This document shows positions 38,001-51,000 of a stretch of DNA of 64,000 nt, one piece after another. This DNA is from Orbicella franksi. Taxonomy: Eukaryota. The stretch is taken from assembly GCA_964199315.1 (NCBI GenBank), contig OZ116698.1:11284001-11348000 (forward strand). Direction: 5' to 3'. Both the position numbers and the translations under genes were made by a program. The notes under the pieces are model-generated. The model was not told the DNA's origin, did no database searches, and saw only the letters and a program-made list of their open reading frames with translations. Numbering within the stretch: the stretch's first letter is position 1; every line of letters starts with the position of its first letter.

Positions 38001-41000
38001 CCATCATAAAAGCTTAAGGGCAGTACAGGATATATTCTTATACTCCAACAGTCACTAGTTCTGCAAATTTATTATAATTTTATGGAATTTAAAAAACTAA
38101 CTTCAGTCTGAAAGTCATTGTTATTTGTCAATTTTCAATATTTTTTTTTTCCAATTTTTGCCACAACTTTTTCAGAAACCATAATATTACTTCCATTTAA
38201 CATAAAATTTTCTTGATTTTAATAATTCCATAAATATTTCTAAAAACTACAGTCATTACTTGCTATTTCACAGCAACAGTTATTTCCTGAAACACAGTAG
38301 TGATAAAATAAATGTTCGCTTCCCCAGCATATCCAAATTTTTTTGGTCCTGTATTTTCATTGAAGTTCATGACCTAAGATGATTAATGTCATAAAAAGAA
38401 ACTAGTTTGCAAGCCAAGTGCAATATTATTCTGGACGAGTCCAAGAGTAAATGAATTGAAAAGTAATTATTGGTCATCTATCAAAATATCTCAACACCAT
38501 TATAAACTTCTGAGAGATATAATGCCGAGACTCTACTGAATAAACAATATAACATATAATATTGTCAATATTGCCTGAGGAGTAAACAAGAAAAAACGTC
38601 ATCAGGAAGGGAAATCTACCGACATTAAAAACTTACGTCAGTTTTAATACACAGTCCTAGAAACGGTCTGCATGTTGCGTTAGTCAAAAGAATTCTGAAT
38701 GTATGCACATTTTACACCAAAGCGTCTTATAAAGGATTATTTTTACAAACTTTCATCTAACTGCAAAATTAATGAACATTGTATCCCCCGCTGAATGGAA
38801 ATGGTAGTTCCCTAACGAAGAGTTTTCGTATTTGTTGCAATGGAAAAAATAACAATTAAGATTATACGCAAGAAATTGTAACCCACAAAGACTTCATGAA
38901 GATTCAAAGATTCGACACGCCAACATAAGGAAATGGCTCGTATTTCAGGAAATAAAGGAGAAAGGATCACCGCAGATCACCGGACTAGTTAGTTCCAGCC
39001 TCACCTTCATAAATCAAAATTTTGGAAGTTTTGAAGCAATCACCCTTGGAAAATGCCTACAACATTTTCCAGCTAATCACACTCCTTGTTTTCGTTTTCG
39101 AAACAATGAACAAAATACTATAATCATTTCCCACGAAACATTCAGAAGTAAAAACACGGGCGCCACTATATTTTTCGTGTCTCTACTAAGTAGCTACATT
39201 GGCGTCTTTTTAACGTTGCCTAATATAATGAAAAACTGAAAATAACATTAAAATAGTGATCATGTTGTAAGCCGCCCACTTCTTCCTAAATCAAGGTTGA
39301 ATTTCACATATCAGAAATCGCGATATTTGAATATTTGTCACACTTAAATAGCACTTGAAAAATTACCTTCCCCAAAAATGTCTCCTGTTGAAAACAATAT
39401 TAAGACTTTAAATTTGATTTCTGTTAGATAAAAAAGGAGAGAAAGAACTTACATAAAAAATAAATGTCGTCCAACTCTGCTCTGGCTGGGGTGTTCTTTA
39501 CTTTCAAGATGTACGGAGGTGGTGTTGACGCTGACGAGTTGGAATCTGGAACAACCGCGAATCCGCCATTCGAAGATTCCAGCTCAGCTGTTTTGCCTTG
39601 TTCGGCAGTTTGCGCCAATTTATTTTTGCCATCTCGGGCTAGACCGTCTCTTGTGGCATGGCGTTGATCTTTATTTCTCTTCGAATCAATATTTAATCGC
39701 TCCTTTCGCTCATAATTTCTATTTGTCCTGATATCATGCCGATTTTTACTCTCTCCGTCATTTTTCGGGGTTAACCGCCTCTCGTTGTTCGAAAGCTCCT
39801 TCGATTCGACATCATGAGAATTAGCCTTATCTTCTAATGCTTGGCTTCCACTATTCGGTAACGTTTCCTCCAAGAGATTTTTACTTGATTCATCTTCCAG
39901 ACTATCCGAACTGGAGTCTTCGAGCCCGGTCGCTGGAGCGCTCTCTAAATCCCTCTCCTCTTCGTCGCTCAGAGAAGACGCTGTCGTCGGAGTATTTCTC
40001 CTGAAGGAATCGAAAACCTTGTGCAACTCTAGTCCGTCAGTGACTACTACATTTTCATACTCGGCTCTTTTCTGTTCCACACCTGAAAAACATATTCAAC
40101 ATGCTTGACGAATGAAAAATATGCAAAAAGGTACATGAACAGAAAAGCTTGTTGGTCTAAAATGGCGAATACTGCCTTAATTCTTTGTTCTAAATCTCAA
40201 GATATGGAGGAAAAAAAAATCCCACTGGCAAACCAGGATTTCAACAAAGGGTTGGTTCTACCACAGCAAGAAGCTGTAACTAGTATTTTGAAAACTGATA
40301 CATTGGGAAATTGTCATTTCTTCTGATATGAGATTCGTTGCATATGCCTCGCCATGTTTGAATTTCGCTTTCCTTCACGACGCTGAGCTGAATTTTATTT
40401 GCTCTTTTTTGGCAGTAAAAATTCTGTCAAAACCTATCTTCCAACAAAATTTATGTCGGTTCAAGTAGTTCTAATACATGGTCGAGAGATCACAATATTT
40501 TCCAGCGGACGTCCGTAAACTTCAAAAATTTGAATATTTTTCACGCCAGTGGACCGTACAACGCGGAAAAACAACAGGTCGCAAGGGCAAAAGTAATATG
40601 CTTTCAACGCCAGAAAAATAAGGAACATATGAGGTATACTATAACCTACATGCCCAAAATTTACGGGCAAAAAATCAAATTCAAGCAGAAAACGCTCTCA
40701 ATGAATAATGTAAATGTAAACAAGCAACTCGCCCGTTCGCTTCGCACAGAACTTCATTTACACCTACCGCGAGTTTTGGTTTTCGAAACTATACGTCGTT
40801 GGAAAACAAGCCTGGCAGAAGATCTAGCCTCCCAAATAAACACAATAAAGTTTCAAAATTTAAACTACGTAAATTCAAATTTTCACGACGTAATTCCTCC
40901 GTTACAAGAACCTTGGTACAAGACATCTTTCCGCTCCACCACGCGTGAACATCACTCGGTGTACCTGCAATCTTTCACGTCGGTACCAGTTTCGGGAACT

Positions 41001-41112
41001 ACTCTAGAATAAAACAACTAGAGCATCAAATTGTACAGTACTTACCTCCTATATGCTGACTTCCCTGGAAGAGTAAAAAGGAAAGAAAAAGGAGGTACAG
41101 GTTCGAATTCAT
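32069..41112 (-). CDS. NPDC1: NPDC1/CAB-1-like type I membrane protein
   Basis: Exons 41112-41046 (signal MNSNLYLLFLSFLLFQG), 40082-39453, 35394-35328 (TM IVIGCSVAGIAGLALAGYCWYK), 34033-33952, 33057-32981 (GDHKLDYSAEIYHYQQTK), 32878-32767 (DEDYTVYECHGLAP), 32209-32069 (TGDMTVVNPLF). These reproduce the NPDC1 C-terminal motifs AEMYHYQH, FTVYECPGLAP and TGEMEVRNPLF. Confidence 0.9.
33770..33909. repeat. ~63-bp-arm inverted repeat derived from a tRNA-like repeat
   Basis: 33770-33833 is the imperfect reverse complement of 33848-33909; a B-box-like GTTCGAATCC overlaps the loop. A related fragment lies near 12265-12315. Confidence 0.8.
34257..34860 (+). mobile_element. Non-LTR retrotransposon (CR1/L2/Crack-like) ORF2 fragment: APE endonuclease N-half, 3'-truncated; antisense in an NPDC1 intron
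   Basis: LNPGP leader, GLRIGHWNVNRL, LFLNKTFLKP, PGFTIYRCDR...GGGVMAFV, EIIWLEV, ISGIYRPPS. No reverse transcriptase follows. Confidence 0.88.
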
Positions 41113-44100
41113 CGCCGAAACTTCACCCCACCATTTTCAAACATTCGAACACCCGTCACCGGAAAGCTCTCTTCACGAACGGCTGTGAACGCGTGGAATG
41201 CTGGGCAATGTGTTAATTAGCATAATTAATTTATGCTACTGACGCGATAAGGACAAAAGAAACTCACTTATAGCCATTTTTTTTTTTTGAACGCGCTCTT
41301 TCCAGTTTCGCTTGCAAAATAAAACCGTTCTTGTGAGAAGCACATGCGAATCTGTTTGCAATGACTAAAGCTACTCCTGTTTACAACACAAAAATATTTT
41401 TCCAATTGGAAAAACTTAAGCGGATCAGGTGTAAAATCAATACATTGCCCCTTTCGGCATTGACGCTTATTTGCATGCGGAATTTCGTGATCCATGCCAC
41501 TATGCGAAAAATATACAGAGGTCGAGAGAAGGTCTTTTTCCTCGCAGACAAGTAGCAGTAAAAAACAAAATTATACTTTGAAAATAAAGCTGGAACAGGG
41601 AAAATTTTGTTTTCAATTTTACTTAAATTGGATTTGTGGACAGAAGAAAGAAATATTGACAACCGTTCGTGCTCGGAAAAGATGACTAGATTTCAGTTCA
41701 AGTTATTCAAAGTCCCTTTAAACCGGATTTACAGCAACGAATTTGATTGGATAGCTATTGACGTAAAGATTTAGAGCCCTTTGTCGCTAGAACAAAGTTT
41801 GCTGGACATGATTGTTGATGTGGACGCCTACAAATCAACGAAGTGGTCAATAAAATCCCACTGTGTTGGCTTGGCAAAGTAAGGTGATACGATTTATCTG
41901 GGACCGTAAAGATCCATGAAAGAGCTTCAATTTCAGGTCAAAAAGACGGCAACAACACTGATATTTTCGGAGATATTTGTTTTTATCTTCATGAGAATTG
42001 AACATCTGCGCTTGTCTCCATGGTAACAAGAGTGATTACTGAAAGAATGCGGTAAATCATAGACGTAACGCTATTATTGTCCTTGTCCTCGAACAATGGG
42101 CTAAAAAGAAAGCGGAAAAAATATAGCCACTTAAAAAATATCCTGTTTGTGGTCTTTGACATGACATGCAACGAGATCCCGGGGCCTTCAAAGGGAGATG
42201 AAAGACTTTTACGTTTTGCCAGTCGAACTTCTTTGCAATCTACGCAGGGAAATGCTAAGACCCAAGTAACAGAAATGTTCTTCATGGAGTAATTCGAATT
42301 TTTTACGTATGAGTTAATTAAAATTTTGTTCGCCGGGTGACTATTGTTATGTTAAACGTTGAATGTGCAAAACACTCCAATTAGCTGACCTCCAGATACA
42401 GAACTTTGCACCGCAAGAAGACTTATAAATTTCATTTTAGTTTCGAAAAATTCACCTGAAATTTCCAGTGAATACAAAGATTCATTTTCAGCATTTTGCT
42501 ATTTACAAACCTTTACAGTTCTGACCTAAATAAACCGTTTTCATTTCAGTACCCGGGGAAAGTATTTGCAGTGCTTTTGAGTCTTAATTACGCTGTGGCT
42601 GCCATGTAGAAAAACCCCAAGAGATCTTGAAAACCCTCTATCTTCATAACTTCTTTATACTGGTCAGCTACATTTTAACTCCATGGTCATATTATAAAGT
42701 ACACCGTTCAAAAAACTGTTCTTTCCCCAGTAACAGAGACAGCGACTTTCATTTCGTTAAATTATAATCTGCTTTTATCAGAGAGCAGCCATGGACTTAA
42801 AAAATATCAGTTGTGAAAAATATTTATTTATCCATTTATTTATTTATTTATTTATTTATTTATTATTTGTTTACTCATCCCACGTTTCTGTTTGTTTTCG
42901 TCATAACTGCGGACCGACTTTTGCAAATAAGTGGATAATGAAAACGCACAGAGAAAATGGAAATTTAAATTACGTGCTAGCTTGTAGATCAAAGGTTATG
43001 TTGGTCTAAAGAAAGGACTGGATGATCAACATGAAAAGGTATCAACCTTTACCATTTTTTTTGTAGCCCTTACTCAGCCGTTTCTTTCTCTTTTCCGATC
43101 AATTTTTTTTTTTTCAGCGAGCAAACGAGCTCGCAAGAGCGACCGCAAAAATAAACCGTCTATTTTCTGTTTCCCCGCCCCCATGCACCCTCGTGCGTTT
43201 GCGGTTGTTTAATTTTCCGTAGTTTATTTAGTGCCCTCCGAGATATGATGTTACAGAAAAGAAAAGGTCAGTGAACAGACTTATTATGTTTCGAAGGAAT
43301 CCACTGTGAAGTAATCTGCCTGGCGTGACTGAAAAATAGGTGGATCAGAAGTCCATAAATTTTGATGTCATCCGGCTAAAGTCGTTGAATACGTGTATTG
43401 TAATTTTAGTGATAAGTAAATATGCAAATATTTTAAATAATTTTATTAGCACCTCGACGCTCGATCATTCTGCCTACATGTGTTTGGTTGCGTTGTGTTA
43501 ATATTTGAAGAGAAGATATAAACTAATTGGCAGGTTGTTTTACAAATTAAAAGAATTTTAAGATATACAGTCGAAAATTTTCGAATTCGGCACGGTTTAA
43601 AAATGCAACACCACAAATGCAAGAAAGAAAAAACAACAAAAAGGAACTGAAACAGAGGGTGTTATTAATTCTGCACCCATGCCAGACCTTGCAGGCAGAT
43701 AGCAGCAGTTGTCAAGAGAACATCGAACCTCTTGTGAAATGTGACTGGTTTTGAGGTATTACGCTGAATGACCAGACCGTCAGTCTTTGAGTTTGTTGAA
43801 TGAATGTAGGATCTGCAGTCAATGCTTCCAATGCTAGGCGCATTGATTATTTGGACTTATATATCGATCTCTGCCGCCTCGAAACAGACCTGTATTTGAC
43901 TGCAGGTTTTCGGTGTACCTAGGGACTTGGAATTAAGAGGGGCTCTAGATTGTACCCTATTATTTTATACTTAATTGTTAAACCGAATAAGAAAGCCGAT
44001 AGATTTGGGGTTGGGAATTTCCAACGCTCTCTCGAGTCCAGTCTCCGTTCCTGCCAGTAACTTGATCAAGCCTGTTAATCCTGGATTCTACTCAGTGAAA

Positions 44101-45916
44101 TTTAAGAGAGGATGCGAGATGCGCTTTTTAAAACTCTTTACTCTTTTACAGACAGAAATATGTGATCTTGCTTACTTCTTTTTCAAATCTGACCCAAACT
44201 TTCCATACCCAGTTACAGACTATAGTTTAAAAACATACTCTAATTCTGCAGATCACAATGGCCAAAATTTACAGCCCATTTCAGACCAAAATGGCAGGAG
44301 CTTTGCTCCGCATATACCTCTATAACTTAGATAAGAGACTAACCCTCTCCACCCCCTCTCTCCCGCTGGGAAAGCGCATGTGCGCATGAACCTAGTCCAG
44401 GAGCCTCTGATTCACATATGGCAGGTGCACGAAGCTTAACGTTTTCGTACGCAAAAACTTTTTACCGAATAGCATAAAGCAGCTTGAAATAACCTGAAAC
44501 AACCGAATTCAATAAAGGTTAATGTTTCTACCAATGGATGTTCTCAGTGCTCTGCTGATGTTGCTGTTGTTGTCAATTTTGTCATTCTGCGTGCGATAAG
44601 AAGGTTTCGAAAAGGTCTTCTACGTACAAAATTAGTAATAAATATCATGCTTTATTGATAAATCGGATTTACGTCACTCAAGCCAAGCCGATGTCGGGAT
44701 ATTATTTATTCTTTAAAAATAAATTGCGTCAAAATTGATAAAATGCAAATCTTCTTAGCATGGAGACGACTCATCCCGCGGGAAAAGGTTTTCATTTGAA
44801 ATTTGGAAGGAATACAAGATCGTAAAACAAGTTCGGCTAGATTCTCCAACCAGTGATGATGTGAGTGCGTTCATACATCAGGATTAGCCCGAAAACCAAG
44901 TTAAGAAAACTATCTACATGTGTTTTCATTATGAAACTACTCACTTTTGAAGACAATAAACCTCAGCAAGTTCGCGAAAACTTTTAAGCCTTACTTTTGA
45001 ATTATCTTTGGTTTGAATTATATGGCTAACTGGCCTATAAATGCTTCTCATTTTCACCAGTTTGCTATCATAAACTCTTGCGAAACCAGAGAAAATCTAA
45101 TTATTTATTCAGCTGGATAAAGCATTTAACGAACAAGATAAAATATTTGTTTCATTGCGCCTGCATGCCCACGCTGATTTAAATGGAAGGAAATAAAAGG
45201 GGTTTAATTCAGCAAATATTTACGAAGCTCTGACGTCACAAAGTGATAATCACAATGCAAGTAAAGGAGAAAAGTACACAGAAATCGTATTTATTCAAGC
45301 AGATTTTTTTTATAAAGTACATTATTCTCGACATATAGGATACTCGTGTGATTTGCTTCAACCGTACAGCTTCGTCATCAAAATCGATTTTGAAAACCAA
45401 ATATTGGTGAACATAAAACAAAAAATGAATATTTCGCAATACAATATTGTTAATCATGCTGATGGTGGAAAATTAATTATTGTAAATTCTTTAGAAACAG
45501 GGACAGAAAAGACATTTATCAAACTACATAAACTGAACGGCTATCGCACGCAATTAAAATTGTGGAATATTTTTTGTTTCTTACTGAATTGACTCAGTTT
45601 TAAATTAACTGAAAAATGAACTGCGTTTTTATTTATAGTTTCCCTCTAAAACCCACAGTTACACAGTATAACGACTTGTGGTGTCAATAACATTTTTAAT
45701 TAATTCACTTTCACTTTACGAAGAATCTGTAGAAGAAGATGTTAAAGAATAGTTTTAATACTCATTATATCACACATTCGGTGAAAATTGAATGTTTTGT
45801 TTTTTTCACAAATGCTGTGTGGGTACGCTGAGATGAAAGACTACTGTCAATTTTAACGGACAGTATTTGATATAGGGTGGTAAGCTATTTAAAGATTGCT
45901 GCCTGCTGCTTATCAA

Positions 45917-46149
45917 GAAAGGGTCGGCCATGGGGGGTAGTGGTATACCAATATACCTGAAAGGAAAAACCTATTATACCGAAAATGTCCCCTCAAATTC
46001 ATGCGACATGGAAATATTTAAAAAAACAAGGTATACGTTATACCCATAAAAGGTCTAATTTTGGCGTCAAAATACCGTATACTCGGTTTAAAACCCCCCT
46101 GTTTACTGTGTAGGCGTACTTGTACCCCAAAACCCTGGCCGACCCTTTC
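45917..46149. mobile_element. MITE with GAAAGGGTCGGCCA / TGGCCGACCCTTTC TIRs
   Basis: 14-bp perfect terminal inverted repeats in intergenic DNA. Confidence 0.75.
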
Positions 46150-48089
46150 ATCGTCGTGAGAGAATTTCCCGTGACCGTCTTCCATTGTTTCTTTTTTTCT
46201 CTCGTGCACTTAACGTTTTACAGATGAATGTCTCCGTCTTATCTATTATGAAAACCAAACCCTCAGGAGACGAAATGGTGTTTTTCTTTTAACAGCAAAA
46301 GAACATAAATATACTTGAGGTTCAGCGTTATTGCGGAAGACTAGTCTCAAAAAGTTTCTTGGCACAACTGTGGGAGTTAAATTATAGATAACAGACTGAA
46401 TAGCAGAAACTATACACAATAACCCACGCAAAGTGGGTCCATTTTTGGTATCTTGGGTGTTTTGTAGTAAATTATAAACTTAGTGCAGTAACTCTTTTGT
46501 CTCTTTTGGTAACTATTTCTCTTGTGTACTCTTGTATATCAGTTGTTTTTTCGAAGAATAGGCCCCATTGTCGGTTGTTTTGAATTATAAACCTCGACAA
46601 GGTGAAAAAAAAAAAAACAAAACAAAACAATCGCTATCAAATGCTCATTAGCAAAGAAAAATACAGGTTTGAACTTAATCTACTTCCTTCCTCCACTGAT
46701 TGCAAGCCGGAAGAATGGGGTCTATTAAAATTCTGCAAACTTGCTGATCAATTAAGCTAACTAACCTACGATTATCCGCTGCGAAAAAAATATGTATCCT
46801 AAGGAGAGGCTATATAGGTTTTATCACACAAGGTTTTGGTGTCATCTTGCGGATTAGCGGTGGAAGGTTCAAGTTCATTTTTAGAATCATCCGGCTGCGG
46901 GGTAGCGCCCAATTCGTGCTAATGCTGTTAATCGCCATTGATATTGCCTGGCAATCAGTGATGTTTTAAAATCTTCCCGTTGTCGTAAAAGTTGCAGTGA
47001 GATGCTGACGCAAATGAAGGCAACCACAGGTCTCTGTTGTTTATATATTGTCTTTTCTGGCATCATCAAAGTGATCTAACATTCGACTTCTTTCAACTCA
47101 CTCAGAAGCGCGACTGTTCCTTCAGAACTGAATGACTGAGAATTGCTTCGATTTAGTGGTGGTGGTAGCGAACATACGAACACCTAGACATTATAAAACA
47201 TTTCCTTCATTGCTAACTGACGTGATTACCCTTGGTTTTTAAGTGGAATGAAATATAGGCAAAGTGCGTTTGGAGTCCAATATATCTGCACTGTAACAGA
47301 CTGAAACATTGTTGTTGCTATGGCAAAACATTTTTAGCTGAGAGCCGCACAGTTTTGAATATTTTGGCATGTACTTAGTGTCCCCTAGTTATTTTACTAG
47401 CTTTAAAAACAAATGAAAAACTTCAGTTTAGGCAGGAGTCCATTAAGTTTGAACTCATTAGAATGTCGGAAACTTCAATGCTGTACCTTCAGCCGGCCGC
47501 AATATACAGTACTCAAGTAAGAGAAAATTATGTAACTCGAGATATTACATTGCGGATAAGAAAAGGCATTAAAATGTCTAAAATAGAAAGATTGACGCAG
47601 AAAATAAATGTCAATACCGAGCCAGTGACATGTTTTTTCGATTAATCAGTCTAGTCAGTCTGACTCAGTGTCTGACTGCGTAGTGAAACGACAGACGACT
47701 AACAGAGGAAAACACCTTGATTTTTCGCCACCCTTTTCTTTGTCCAAAAAGACGCTGTCTGAAACACTTTGGCCTTTTTTTCTTACGGCTTTTTAAACTT
47801 TCGTTGGCGATAACTTTGTTGATACTAATTACCAAATAAATAACTTTCCATTGCATTAATACGCTTGCTCAACATTATTTACTGAACACGGGGTACTGGG
47901 CAACACTTTGGCCAGTTTTCTCCCGTTGATCGCGAAGGACTGGGAACTATCTCCCAGAACTATTCTCAGACTCCCAGATTATAGTAGCTGGAACGCCTGC
48001 TACAAACTGCACGATGAAGAAACTACATTTGCTGGGTGTTTATCTGTGAGGCCACAATTTTCAGATAGTTCTCTCACTCGACATTTCTG

Positions 48090-51000
48090 ATGGACGAAGA
48101 ACTTCTTCTGCAAAACCTGGAACAATATAAAGAGCAAGTGAGTTAGACATTTACCCATCTGCACGCTTTCAACTTCTATGCCGGGTCTATTAGATGGAGC
48201 GTTTTTTTTGAGAATATATTTCATCGTCCATATCTTGTCTTGTCTTGATCACTTAGATCAAGGATTGTTTTTGGTATTTGGAAACGTATGTCTTGTTTCT
48301 CTGTCTACGCAGTGATAAATTGCTTAAAATTCAATGATGCCAATGTTATTTAAATAATAATTATTGCCAAAATCAAGCTGTCAAGCCAAGTTGTATGGTA
48401 AGATATTTTATTGGAGCACTCGATGGTATTTATGTGGTATTATTTGATATTCAGTTTCTTCAGATCCAAACTGTTCTACAAACTACAGGAGAAGAAGGCC
48501 AAGATGAACTTGTCAAACTGAGGGACGATCTTGTGGAACTCATTCATGTGTCAGAAGGTGCTTAATTAACTTTCCCTGATATGCAAAAAAATGATTTGAG
48601 TACTAACAATTTATAAATTATGACATGCACTAGCAGAATGATATTCTGATCATTTTACATGCATGAACTTTGAACTGAAATGACATGTTGGAGTATGTTT
48701 TGGTTTTCTTCCTAGAAAGTCTGCTATCTCTGAAGAAAAGCAGATTGCTGGAGTTGCTTGACAACCAAGAGGAAGGACCCAGTGCAGATTCTACAGGAAA
48801 CTCAGGAGGAAAAGATACAGTAAGTTAATTGGGTTTGTTTCGATCAGATCAGTTATTATAATCTCCCAAAACTATAATTTCCCTTGCCTTCAGTTTTGTA
48901 ATACTACACATTCTAAATTGCATTCTAAATTGATGACTACTAATGCGTCAGTCAATTCCAGCTGTGCCCATGCCCCCCCCCCCTCCCCAGGCTAACCCCC
49001 GGACATAAGCATTTTTTTAAAAATGGGCAAATAGACCAATTTTGATATATTAAAATTCAGCCTAAAACAATAGACCTCTGAGAACGAGGCTCTGGGGAAT
49101 AACTACAGAATTTGTCTTGAAGATCGCATCGTTTGAATTTGCAAACCTAGAGTATTTTTAAGTGCACTCCAGGTTGACTTTCATGAATTTAAAAAATGCT
49201 AGGCTAATTTTGAATGCGAAATGCAAAATAGTTGTGTTCACCTTGACTGTGTCCAATCTCTCAACTTGTGATAAACAAAATATAGTTCAAGTTGTTGCTT
49301 TTATTTATACGCTTACAAGTAATGAAGAAATATCTAAAATTGAGAACACATACCTTTAAAAGCATCCACAAGTTTGTCTAGTCCCTGACTGACTAGCCAA
49401 TCTTCATCAAATACCTTGTCTCTGCCGATGAATTCCTCCATGGCACTTTTGAAAACACGTGTGTCAGATGTCTGGGGGTTGCCCCAGGGTATGCAAATGG
49501 CCAGCCCCTGGGCCGCGATAAAATTGCAAATGTCCCACTACCGGGACTGACACCGTGAGCAAATGCCCCGCGGTTGCTAGGTTGAAGGGGGAGAGGGGGG
49601 GGGGGGGGGGTAGGGAATGGGCACTGCTGGAATTGACTGATACATAAATGTTTTCTTTCAACTGTGATTGTTTGTCACTTAATTTATAGTATTAGTTAGA
49701 AATTGTGCAAAACCTTTCCCTTTTTGGGATGTTGGGGATGGAGAAGGTTCTTATAGTTTGGCCTTGTACAGCGTCTCCCTGCTATTTTTACCTCTCTGGG
49801 CAGCATCACAGATCACATAGCATGGCCTTGCATAGCATCTCCCTGCTATTTTTACCTCTCTGGGCAGCATCACAGATCACACTGCATGACCTAGCATAGC
49901 ATCTCCCTGCTATTTTTACCTCTCTGGGCAGCATCGCAGGTCACATTGCATGTGTAACAGGTTGTTATGTTCTGGTCCTTTAAATGCAATGCATGTTTAC
50001 CAGGTGCATATCCAAAGCGCCCTTTCCTGGGAGTCTGAGTCATTATGAAAACCTAAAAAAATACCCCATATGGAAACTTGTATGGATCTGCTACTAGATT
50101 GGAAAAAATAGAGAATGATACCCTCTGACAATGATACTGTGTTTGAGTAAAATTTTAACTTTAAAAATGAGGAAGATTTAAATAGAAATTTTTTTTCATA
50201 TCAAGTGCAATACTTTCCTAGTTCTCAGATATTAATGTCTTAACTACTTCACTGCAGGATTAGATATTATTATGCTTTGCTAGTATAGGATAAATGTAAG
50301 GCTTCAAAACAAATTCATAATTTAATTAACCTATGTGCTGGTTGATTAGGAAAGTCTGGGTGGTGAAGATTCTCTTGAGGTAGAAGATGATGATATTACT
50401 GGGATGAAATGTCGCATTTCATACACACAGGTGAGTTAATAGTCTAGATGCTACTAACAGGTGCTGAATGATTTAAATAGTTAATAAAAAAAGGGCTTGG
50501 TCCTGATTGCAGTGAAATACTAGTACCCCTGGCTATTCAGTGGAAACTACATTTTATGTGGTACAAAACAACTGACAGAAGTACCTAGTACTCAGAGACA
50601 AAAGTGGTTCTCTTTTACTCTTTGAGAAATGGAGAAGTGACTAGTCAAAAGTTACAAGTATGCAAGGACTTGACATGCCTGTAATATCTAAGACACTATA
50701 TGGTAAGAATGTTGATAAACAGAAAATGTTTTCCCTAAAGGAATGGGGAGTAACAGAACACCACAATGTCATGGTGTTTGATGCAGAAACAGTTGAGTTA
50801 CCTGGTGGCAAGGAAGAAACAAAGGTATTTTGTACCTACTTTTAATTAGATACATGTATATTTTAAAAGGAGCAGAAGAGTTGATCAAGGCTATACAATG
50901 CCCAAAATTTGGTCTTGATTGTTCAAAACAATATTATTATTAGCTTTGATTTTTTAATGAAAATTGTGATTAAAATATACAAAGGATAAAGGTAACTAAA

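Noticed and set aside
44848-47000. Box C-like GTGATGA/GTGATG motifs (~44853, ~46958)
   Set aside because: There is no properly spaced box D with a terminal stem, so a snoRNA is unsupported.
41300-47900. Many 60-160 aa ORFs in the NPDC1-ZGPAT intergenic region (e.g. 40530-41012, 43975-44325)
   Set aside because: I found no recognisable domains, consistent splice structure or coding-like composition; some overlap repeats.
49759-49951. Regularly spaced direct repeats that could be taken for a CRISPR array
   Set aside because: The 'spacers' are near-identical, so it is a 64-bp minisatellite; it is in a eukaryotic intron with no cas genes.
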